A stretch of 64,000 nucleotides of DNA. Origin: an uncultured Candidatus Saccharibacteria bacterium (GTDB lineage: Bacteria > Patescibacteriota > Minisyncoccia > UBA6257 > 2-01-FULL-56-20). Location of the stretch: the NCBI GenBank assembly GCA_964365185.1, contig CAYIOP010000001.1, positions 180,579 through 244,578 of the forward strand, written 5' to 3'. Position numbers and translations under genes: made by a program. Shown here piece by piece: positions 56,878-64,000 of the stretch. Numbering within the stretch: the stretch's first letter is position 1; each line of letters starts with the position of its first letter. The notes under the pieces are model-generated. The model was not told the origin of the DNA. It was given only the letters and a program-made list of their open reading frames with translations, and searched no databases.

Positions 56878-57330
56878 TTAGACGCGTCTAGGTTTAGCCG
56901 GACGGGGGCCATTGTGAGGAATTGGAGTCACGTCTCTGATTGAAGTGACATTAAAGCCGTGATTTACCAAAGAACGAATAGCGGAGTCGCGGCCGCCGCC
57001 AACGCCTCTTACTATAACATCGACATCAGTGGGCCCTGTTATTTTAAGTTTTTCACTTAAAGCCGCAATAATTTTTGACGACGCAAAAGGAGTGGCTTTT
57101 TTAGGACCAGAAAAACCCAAGGATCCAGCCGAAACCCAAGTGATAACATTTCCCGCAGTGTCAGTCACGGTAATCAAAGTATTATTAAATGAGGTTTTGA
57201 TATAGACTCGGCCGTGAGTTATTTTCTTGGTTTTTTTGGAAGCAACAGTTTTGGCCATAGCGGCTTCCCTAACGGCTTTTTCTTTTAAAACCTCTTCTGA
57301 TGTTTGTTTGATGACTTTTTTCTTGCCCAT
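56878..57330 (-). CDS. rpsK: 30S ribosomal protein S11
   Basis: S11 family sequence. Confidence 0.9.
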   Translation of the reverse strand: MGKKKVIKQTSEEVLKEKAVREAAMAKTVASKKTKKITHGRVYIKTSFNNTLITVTDTAGNVITWVSAGSLGFSGPKKATPFASSKIIAALSEKLKITGPTDVDVIVRGVGGGRDSAIRSLVNHGFNVTSIRDVTPIPHNGPRPAKPRRV

Positions 57331-57334
57331 AGTT

Positions 57335-57718
57335 TTATTTCAGATCAACTTTTCTTTTGCCGCTGCCAGCGGTTTTTCGAACATTACCGCGGACGGTTCG
57401 AGAATTAGTTTTGGTGCGTTGACCTCGAGCGGGCAACCTTTTTAAATGCCGCGTACCCCGATAAGCTTGAATATCTTTTAACCGCTGGATATTGCGTTTG
57501 ATAATTTGTTTTAATTCTCCTTCAACTGAATAATTTTTTTCGATAAGACTTTGAATCCGGTTAATTTCTTCGCTGGTTAAATCTTTGGTTCTTTTGGTTA
57601 AATCGATTTTGGCATCGGTTAAAATGCGACGACTGGCGGTTCGCCCAACGCCATAAATATAAGTCAAGGCCACTTCGACAACTTTATTATCAGGAATGTT
57701 GATACCTAAAATACGCAT
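57335..57718 (-). CDS. rpsM: 30S ribosomal protein S13
   Basis: S13 family sequence. Confidence 0.9.
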   Translation of the reverse strand: MRILGINIPDNKVVEVALTYIYGVGRTASRRILTDAKIDLTKRTKDLTSEEINRIQSLIEKNYSVEGELKQIIKRNIQRLKDIQAYRGTRHLKRLPARGQRTKTNSRTVRGNVRKTAGSGKRKVDLK

Positions 57719-57742
57719 GAAAAAAATTTAAAAATAAAGCTC

Positions 57743-57856
57743 TTAGCCTTGTCTTTGTTTGTGCTTGGGATTGTTGCAAATAATGTAAATTCTCCTTTTC
57801 CTTCTTACGACCTTACAATTTTTACAGATTTTTTTAACTGATGTTCTTACTTTCAT
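57743..57856 (-). CDS. rpmJ: 50S ribosomal protein L36
   Basis: Hand translation gives [37 protein letters not shown]. It was missing from the ORF track. Confidence 0.8.
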   Translation of the reverse strand: MKVRTSVKKICKNCKVVRRKRRIYIICNNPKHKQRQG

Positions 57857-57862
57857 ATTGGT

Positions 57863-58081
57863 TTAAAGCCGCCTTACAATCCGGCCACGACGCCCATCTG
57901 GCCCAACTTCAACTAAAACCTTATCTCCTGGAAGAACACGAATGTGGTGAATTTTAAGCCTACCCGAAAGATAGGCTAAAACTTCTTGATTATCATCAAG
58001 TAAGACCTTAAAAGCTAACGCTGGCAAGGCCTCTTTGACTAAACCCGTGCGGCGATTATCTCGAGAATCAGAAGGAGTCAT
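57863..58081 (-). CDS. infA: Translation initiation factor IF-1
   Basis: S1-like OB fold in a 72-aa protein in the conserved position before rpmJ. Confidence 0.85.
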   Translation of the reverse strand: MTPSDSRDNRRTGLVKEALPALAFKVLLDDNQEVLAYLSGRLKIHHIRVLPGDKVLVEVGPDGRRGRIVRRL

Positions 58082-58149
58082 TGCTAATACTAAAACGGTT
58101 CAAGAATTATAAAGCAAGTGATTTATTTGTCAACCAATTTTTTCGCTAG

Positions 58150-59754
58150 TTAATTAACCTCTATTTTAATACGTTTAGAGCTGTTTGGCAATTTCTTAAA
58201 CAAAGACGGCCAAACCGATACTTTAGCATCCGAAAGCCCTGGAAGCTTCTTAATTATAGAATTAACTTCGTCAACATTATGTCCAATAATTTCTAATTTA
58301 AACTTTTCAATATCAAAATCTTGAGTGAGAGTGCCGTTAGAATTTAATTCAAAATTCAAAAGGCCTTTCTCAAAATTAACCGTTGAAACTTTATACTCCA
58401 GGCCTAAATTTTTAAAAATCGTATTGGGGTTATCTTTGTGGGCTAACTCAAGCAAAACGGATTTCAAGTCAGTTTCCCTGAAACCAACAGCTTCAAAAAG
58501 AGCCTCTCCAAAAACGCTGAAATTCCCCTTGTCGTCGGTCTGAGTATTAACCGAAGTACGCACAATTTTAACTTGGGAAGATTTTTCTAAGAGTTTAAAT
58601 TCGGGCGGCAAAACACTGCCCAAATCTTTATTGAATGATGATTTTAAAACCTCGCCTATTTTTTCTTTGGCTAATTTAATATCTTTGTCACTCGGAAAAG
58701 CTCTCTCGCCAATAAAGCCACCGCTAGCTTTAACTAAAGAACCGTAAAATTTTTCATATTTTGGAGAACCCTTAAAACCAGGAATGGAAAGATGTTCAAT
58801 TGGGCCAGAATTATAATTAACGCCGGCTTTGTCAGCAGTAACATCCGCTTCAATCGCGACGGCAATAATTTGGCCATCTTTAATTTCTGCCCCTGGGACA
58901 ATAATATTTTTGTCTAAACGATAAATTCTTCCGTCAGCGGTTAAAAACCGAGTGGTGGCGACAAGCGCCTGGGGATCGGAACTGTAAGTATTGTAAATTT
59001 TAATCTTGCCGGTGGCTTTTTCGGAAACAGATTTGCGACTAGAGGCGGGATAAAGTTCAGTAAGATTTTTTTCTTGAGTAAAGGTTTCAGCCGGAATTAA
59101 ATTTTTAGAAATGTCGGCTTCTTTAATATTGATGTTGGCTGAAAAATTTCCCTGATATTCAAAGGGAATGGCTTTAAAATTGATAGCAACCGTGGCTTTT
59201 TTAGAAATATTAAGAAATATAAAAATTCCCGCGATGATAACAATAGGAACGGCAATCCAAATAATTTTTTTAAAGGAAAAAGGCGGGCGCGTAGTTTTAG
59301 AGATTTGGTAAGGAGATATAACGTTTCTTAACGGTCTTTGAACTCCTTCATTTTCTTTAGTTTCTTCATCGTCGGATTCAGAGATCAATTCAACTTCTTC
59401 TTCTATTTCTTCTTCGACCTTAGGTTGGCTTTTGTTGCTGCCCTTTAAAACAATATCAGAGGTAGATGAGCTTTTTTTTCTGAAAAGCGGGTGGACAGCA
59501 TCAATGTGGCTGGATTTAGCCAAAGATAAAACCGCTTCATCAACGGACTCGATTATAATTTTTTTACCTGCGGCATCGGCTTCTCTTTTAATTAGACGAA
59601 AATCGCTTAAAGAGTCGCTTAAAATAGTTTCTCGGGGAATTACTAAAATAATTTCTGATTCTGGCTCCGAGATGATTTTTTCAACTACTTCGGCAACGCT
59701 ATCGTTTTTACTGATAAAAACTTTTTTCATATTTGGATCATTGTATTTTAACAT
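58150..59754 (-). CDS. Hypothetical bitopic membrane protein (cytoplasmic N-domain, one TM, large external domain)
   Basis: 534 aa with a TM helix near residue 170. No recognised motifs. Confidence 0.4.
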   Translation of the reverse strand: MLKYNDPNMKKVFISKNDSVAEVVEKIISEPESEIILVIPRETILSDSLSDFRLIKREADAAGKKIIIESVDEAVLSLAKSSHIDAVHPLFRKKSSSTSDIVLKGSNKSQPKVEEEIEEEVELISESDDEETKENEGVQRPLRNVISPYQISKTTRPPFSFKKIIWIAVPIVIIAGIFIFLNISKKATVAINFKAIPFEYQGNFSANINIKEADISKNLIPAETFTQEKNLTELYPASSRKSVSEKATGKIKIYNTYSSDPQALVATTRFLTADGRIYRLDKNIIVPGAEIKDGQIIAVAIEADVTADKAGVNYNSGPIEHLSIPGFKGSPKYEKFYGSLVKASGGFIGERAFPSDKDIKLAKEKIGEVLKSSFNKDLGSVLPPEFKLLEKSSQVKIVRTSVNTQTDDKGNFSVFGEALFEAVGFRETDLKSVLLELAHKDNPNTIFKNLGLEYKVSTVNFEKGLLNFELNSNGTLTQDFDIEKFKLEIIGHNVDEVNSIIKKLPGLSDAKVSVWPSLFKKLPNSSKRIKIEVN

Positions 59755-59770
59755 ACCCCGTAGGAAATAA

Positions 59771-60925
59771 CTATTTTTGAGAACCTAACCAGTGCAGCCG
59801 TCTTCTTAACCAATGATTTATTTCAATATCTTCCTTATTATAATAAAATTCGAAAAATGGGGCTAGGTGTTTTAAGGCCTCTTCATCTTTCCACGGCAAA
59901 TGGCTTCTGATTTTAAATCCTAATTTATTGACCAAATCCTTGAAGGGAAGGGGGTTAAAACTGACTTGGTTGCGCCGCCTAGGGAAAGATAAAGGCAGGG
60001 GCAAAAAAGTATCAATGTAGAGTCCACCTTTGATTTTGAATCGATCGAGCTGTTTTAAAAATTGGTTCAATTCGATTTTAAAAAGAGAGGTAAAATAACG
60101 GGACATTTTAGAGGAAACGGACCCGGCAAGATACAGTGAATATAATTTTCTCGCGACTTTAGGGCTCACGCCCAAACTGGATTCTATTTTTTCCAAGAAA
60201 ATGCCGGGGGACCAATTAATTTTCTTCCGAAAAATGACTTCCCCAATAACAACTTTCTCGAGTTTAAAAATATAGGAAGGAAAATAGGAATTTAGGACTA
60301 AAAGGTGAATGGGAAGAGATTTAGCTTTTTTTAGGGCGAAAAGCTCGGCTTTGGCTGATTCGGTAAAAAAGAAATTCTTGGTTTTGCCGATATTGAAAAA
60401 ATTCTTCCAGTGTTCAAAAATAATCCGGTTAGTTAGTGTAATTTCCAAAATAGCTTCTATTTTTTTGGCCTTAAAATCGACTGGATTTAAAACATGGTGG
60501 CCGTCAACTTTAAAATTAACGACGCGATTGTCTATTAGAATGGCGTCCAGCTCATCAATATTAAGTTCCAAGCTGGCTTCTTCGCGACACTTAGTAAAAA
60601 CCTTGGCAATGGTCTGAGCCAGTAAATTTTCAAGCTCAATGCCCGAAAGCGGAGATTTAACCAGATCGGCATCTCGCTCAAGCTTAATGGGTAAAATTTG
60701 AGTTAACGCTAAAGAGGAATCGGCGGCAACAATAACTTTCCATTTTTCAAGATGACGCCTAAAGCGTCGAGAAATTTGGAACCAATCAAAATCCGGCCAG
60801 ATTTTTTCGACGAAGAGATGTTTTTCAGAATCTAAGCTTAAAAGGAAACCAGTTGTTTTTTCCTTAAAAACTTCTAGAACCAAAAATTTTTCTTTTTTTC
60901 TCCAATGATAAAAATCAATCACCAA
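59771..60925 (-). CDS. Hypothetical protein
   Basis: 384-aa ORF with no recognised motifs. Confidence 0.35.
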   Translation of the reverse strand: MVIDFYHWRKKEKFLVLEVFKEKTTGFLLSLDSEKHLFVEKIWPDFDWFQISRRFRRHLEKWKVIVAADSSLALTQILPIKLERDADLVKSPLSGIELENLLAQTIAKVFTKCREEASLELNIDELDAILIDNRVVNFKVDGHHVLNPVDFKAKKIEAILEITLTNRIIFEHWKNFFNIGKTKNFFFTESAKAELFALKKAKSLPIHLLVLNSYFPSYIFKLEKVVIGEVIFRKKINWSPGIFLEKIESSLGVSPKVARKLYSLYLAGSVSSKMSRYFTSLFKIELNQFLKQLDRFKIKGGLYIDTFLPLPLSFPRRRNQVSFNPLPFKDLVNKLGFKIRSHLPWKDEEALKHLAPFFEFYYNKEDIEINHWLRRRLHWLGSQK

Positions 60926-60956
60926 TTATTATTCTAACACACTATGCTTAAAGTTA

Positions 60957-63188
60957 TTAGACAGATTCAAGCCGAAGAGAAACAATCTTAGAGGTTCCGT
61001 CCGCGTTTAAGGTAACGCCGTAGAGAATATTAGCCACCTCCATAGTGGCGCGATTATGGGTAATGATAATGAATTGGGTTTTTTTGGAGAAATCTTTAAG
61101 CATCGCGGAGAAGCGTCGAGCGTTTCTTTCATCTAGCGCGGCGTCAATTTCATCTAGAACTAAAAATGGAGGGGGGCTCACCGAAATCATCGAAAAAAGC
61201 GCGGCAATGCCAACTAAGCTTCTTTCTCCGCCGGATAAAATTTCCAACGAAGAAAGCCGTTTCTTGGGCAAGCTCAGGTCAATCTCGAGTCCTGGTTCTT
61301 CTTCTTCGGGTTCTATTTCAATTGAATTTTCGTTCGAATCATTTGATTCAATTTCTATTAATTCGGAGGACTCTGATTTTTGACGCTTCAAATTTGCCCT
61401 CGAAGAAGACGATTTTGAAGTTAATTTTAGCTTGGCGTGGCCACCACTGAACATCGACCGGAAAAAATTATTGAATTCCTTATTAATATCATGGAGGGCA
61501 ATGTTAAATTCGGTTTTAATTTTACTCGATAATTCACTGATTAAATCCTTTAGGTCTTCCTTGGCTTTTTCGGTATCAACTAGTTCGGTTTTAAGAAATT
61601 CGTATCGACTTTCTGTTTCTTGCGCCTCTTTAAGAATGGCATGGTCGATTTCGCCAATAACGGCTAAATCACCCCTTAATTTAAAAAGTCTCTGCTCCCA
61701 TTCCCGGAGTTCTGGGCTTTCCAGACCTTGTTTTAACTCTTTTAAAGTGCCAGAATTGATATTATCACCAAATTCCCTCGGATTGCGGCCAATTTGAATG
61801 ATTTGCCTTTTTAAATCCTCTAATCTAATTTCTAGCCGCTCTTTTTCAAAAGCAATTTTTTGATTTTTAAGATCCCACTCCTCGATTTTACTTTTGATAT
61901 TTTCTACAGAAAGCACAGCGGCTTTAAAGGATTCATAAAATTCGCCTTGGCTTTTTTCAAGAGTTTTTTCTTTATCTCTTAGATTTTCGATTTGGGTTTT
62001 AATTTCTTTTAAATCACTCTCAACTTTCGTAAATTGCGATTTTAAATTCGGCGAGAATGAGTTGCTGGACGATGAATCAGGAGCGGCAGAGTATGAATCA
62101 ATTTCTTTAATCAATTCCGAAACGATGACACGCGCATCATCCAGATTATTTTTTAAAATATTTTCAAGGCGAACTCTAATTTTTTTTATGAAGTTAAAGA
62201 GATTTGAGGCAGCCGGCAAAGACGGTTCCATTTTTCTTTCGGTCATCTCGAGCTGGGCTTCAAAACGGCTGATATCTTTCTCAAATTTGATTTGGGTTTG
62301 CAAAAGCTCGTCAATCTGAATTTTTATTTTTTTAAGCTCGGCTCTTTCTTTGGGCTCACCAGCTTCGATTTCTTTTTGGTTTCTTTCAAGTTCAATTTTT
62401 TTGGCTTCGAGAGTTTTATATTCCGTATGGTGAGCGCTGATTTCTTCGGCAACGGTTTTAATTTTGCTTTCAAGCCAGTTAGTTTGGGTGCCAAAGAAAA
62501 GATTCTCCACTTCTCTAAGTTCTGCCTCAAGAATCTCCCGTTTCTCCCAACGACCAGTTTGACGCCGCAGCGAACGCAGATGGGGCAAAATTTCTTCGAT
62601 TAAGGCCCTAACTTTTTCTAAATTAATTTGAGTGTTTTTTAACTGGTTTTCAGCTCGAGTTTTTTTAATTTGAAACTCCCTGAGCCCCAACATCTCCTCA
62701 ATCATCTCCCGCCTTTCTTTGGGCGTGGCCCGAATAAAAACATCACTATTACCTTGACTCACGATCGTTAAGCCCTTAGTGCCAAGTTTGGCTTTGGCAA
62801 AAAAATCAATTAAATCCTTGAGGCGAACCTCGGATTTATTGATAAAATATTGGCTGGTTCCATCTCTAGCGACTTGGCGCAAAATATTAATCTCGGCAGC
62901 GTCAATCGGGAAAAAATCGTTTTTATTTTCAAAGCTTAAGCTGGCTTGAGCTAAACTCATCTTGGGTTTCTCGGGAGTGCCGGCAAAAATAAGGTCTTCG
63001 GCCTTGCTGCCTCTTAAGTTTTTAGCTTCTCTTTCTCCGAGAAGCCAACGGATGGCATCCACAACATTAGATTTGCCAGATCCATTTGGGCCGACAATAG
63101 CAGTAATGCCTTCTGGAAAATCCAAGACCACTTTTTGGGCAAAGGATTTAAAACCGTTTAATTCTAGATTTTTTAGGAGGTGGGGCAT
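60957..63188 (-). CDS. smc: SMC-family chromosome-partition ATPase (short, 743 aa)
   Basis: N-terminal Walker A GPNGSGKSN. C-terminal ABC signature LSGGERSLV and Walker B LVLDEIDAALD. Coiled-coil-like middle region. It lies adjacent to rnc, as in many bacteria. Confidence 0.7.
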   Translation of the reverse strand: MPHLLKNLELNGFKSFAQKVVLDFPEGITAIVGPNGSGKSNVVDAIRWLLGEREAKNLRGSKAEDLIFAGTPEKPKMSLAQASLSFENKNDFFPIDAAEINILRQVARDGTSQYFINKSEVRLKDLIDFFAKAKLGTKGLTIVSQGNSDVFIRATPKERREMIEEMLGLREFQIKKTRAENQLKNTQINLEKVRALIEEILPHLRSLRRQTGRWEKREILEAELREVENLFFGTQTNWLESKIKTVAEEISAHHTEYKTLEAKKIELERNQKEIEAGEPKERAELKKIKIQIDELLQTQIKFEKDISRFEAQLEMTERKMEPSLPAASNLFNFIKKIRVRLENILKNNLDDARVIVSELIKEIDSYSAAPDSSSSNSFSPNLKSQFTKVESDLKEIKTQIENLRDKEKTLEKSQGEFYESFKAAVLSVENIKSKIEEWDLKNQKIAFEKERLEIRLEDLKRQIIQIGRNPREFGDNINSGTLKELKQGLESPELREWEQRLFKLRGDLAVIGEIDHAILKEAQETESRYEFLKTELVDTEKAKEDLKDLISELSSKIKTEFNIALHDINKEFNNFFRSMFSGGHAKLKLTSKSSSSRANLKRQKSESSELIEIESNDSNENSIEIEPEEEEPGLEIDLSLPKKRLSSLEILSGGERSLVGIAALFSMISVSPPPFLVLDEIDAALDERNARRFSAMLKDFSKKTQFIIITHNRATMEVANILYGVTLNADGTSKIVSLRLESV

Positions 63189-63199
63189 TGAAGGGGGCA

Positions 63200-63245
63200 G
63201 GTTATAGGTTATAGGTTATAGGTTATAGGTTATAGGTTATAGGTT
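63200..63245. repeat. Heptanucleotide tandem repeat (GGTTATA) x 6-7
   Basis: AGGTTATAGGTTATAGGTTATAGGTTATAGGTTATAGGTTATAGGTTTC lies between the rnc stop and the smc start. Confidence 0.85.
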
Positions 63246-63944
63246 TCATGATTTAGGGCGGGGCTTCATTTGTTTTAAGGCTTTTTTGGCGGCTTCAACT
63301 TCGGCCTCCTGCTTTGAATGGCCTAAACCATCGGCGATTAAATCATTCCCAAAATAAACCCCGACTCGAAAGGTTTTTTGGTGCGCGGGGCCATCTTCTT
63401 CCAAGACCTGATAAGTGGGCGTGAGTTTTAATTTTTCTTGAATAATTTCCTGAAGCGTGCTTTTAGAGTCCTTATAGCTTTTAGTTTTAATAATCACGTC
63501 GAGGCCATGAAGAATAAATTTATCAATAAAAGACGCCACGGGATTTAATCCTTGGTCAAGATAAATGGCGCCGATTAAGGCCTCAATGGCGTTGGCTAAA
63601 ATCACCTCTCGGGCCTTGCCTTCATCTTTGGCTTCGCCTTTAGAAAGATAAATAAATTTCTCGAGTTTTAATTCAAGCGCCACTTGAGCCATGTTTTGAT
63701 AGTTAACCAAAGCGGCCCGAAGCACGGTGAGCTGGCCTTCGGGATAACTCGGAAATTTTTTATAAAGCGCTTCGGTTGTAACCAGTTCCAAAACAGCATC
63801 GCCTAAATATTCCAACCTTTCGTTATGAGGAAAAGGCCACTTAGGTTTTTCGTTCAAGTAAGAACGGTGAGTGAGGGCTTCATTTAAAATAGCTTGGTCT
63901 TTAAAATGGAAACCAATTTTAGTTTCAAGTTCTTTTAGGTTCAT
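63246..63944 (-). CDS. rnc: Ribonuclease III
   Basis: ERLEYLGDAVLE signature and a C-terminal dsRBD. Confidence 0.9.
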   Translation of the reverse strand: MNLKELETKIGFHFKDQAILNEALTHRSYLNEKPKWPFPHNERLEYLGDAVLELVTTEALYKKFPSYPEGQLTVLRAALVNYQNMAQVALELKLEKFIYLSKGEAKDEGKAREVILANAIEALIGAIYLDQGLNPVASFIDKFILHGLDVIIKTKSYKDSKSTLQEIIQEKLKLTPTYQVLEEDGPAHQKTFRVGVYFGNDLIADGLGHSKQEAEVEAAKKALKQMKPRPKS

Positions 63945-64000
63945 GAGGATAAAAAACGTAAATAACTATTTTTTAGTTTGGCTACTACTCTTCTCTTGGA

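Noticed and set aside
63200-63245. CRISPR array
   Set aside because: The repeat unit is 7 nt with no spacers. The other repeat families are short AT-rich motifs or the 33-nt palindromic element, without spacer structure or cas genes.

Overview
This is a low-GC (~38-40%), gene-dense bacterial window from a small-genome lineage. The absence of L30 between rpsE and rplO, the short proteins and the many SD-less or leaderless starts fit a CPR/Patescibacteria-like organism, though I cannot assign it firmly. Most of the window is translation machinery. Read 5'->3' on the minus strand: the str operon rpsL-rpsG-fusA-[54-aa Cys-rich ORF]-tuf, then rpsJ, a terminated ~340-nt spacer, and a long S10/spc cluster rplC...rplO-secY-adk-map. 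The alpha-operon block infA-rpmJ-rpsM-rpsK-rpsD-rpoA-rplQ-rplM-rpsI lies ~38 kb away. The start of the window carries rplJ and a partial rplL. Interspersed are purine-synthesis genes (purN, a large fused purL, purB), pgpA, dnaE, lysS, greA, a cytidylyltransferase-like gene, a GT2 glycosyltransferase, recG, tsaD, valS, prsW-like, hsp20, rpmB, dedA, an SMC-like ATPase and rnc. There are seven tRNAs: Trp, Thr(GGU), Thr(UGU), Arg, Lys, Glu and Pro. Two small ribosomal genes missing from the ORF track were found by eye: rpmG (L33) and rpmJ (L36). Accessory content is concentrated in two places. One is a tRNA-Arg to tRNA-Lys island with Cys-rich modular secreted proteins and an HTH/LAGLIDADG-like ORF ending inside tRNA-Lys. 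The other is a minus-strand operon of a DoxX protein, a canonical type IV prepilin-like protein and three secreted or membrane-anchored unknowns. The most notable observations are listed here.
- valS has a ~176-aa histidine-phosphatase (RHG) domain nested inside its zinc knuckle, and a -1 frameshift exactly in the KMSKS codons.
- A ~33-nt triple-palindrome repeat (consensus TCCGCCGGAGGCGGATCCGCCTTTGGCGGA) occurs 5 times, always in the same orientation. Hairpin-preserving compensatory changes are visible between copies. Two copies sit immediately 5' of the rplC and rpsL start codons, and one is in-frame inside valS.
- A 54-aa Cys-rich ORF with its own SD and terminator is inserted between fusA and tuf.
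- Diverged tandem duplicates of the 3' ends of rpmG and rpsI lie just downstream of each gene.
- Several structured intergenic regions are not assignable to known RNA families.

No rRNA, CRISPR array or transposase was seen.
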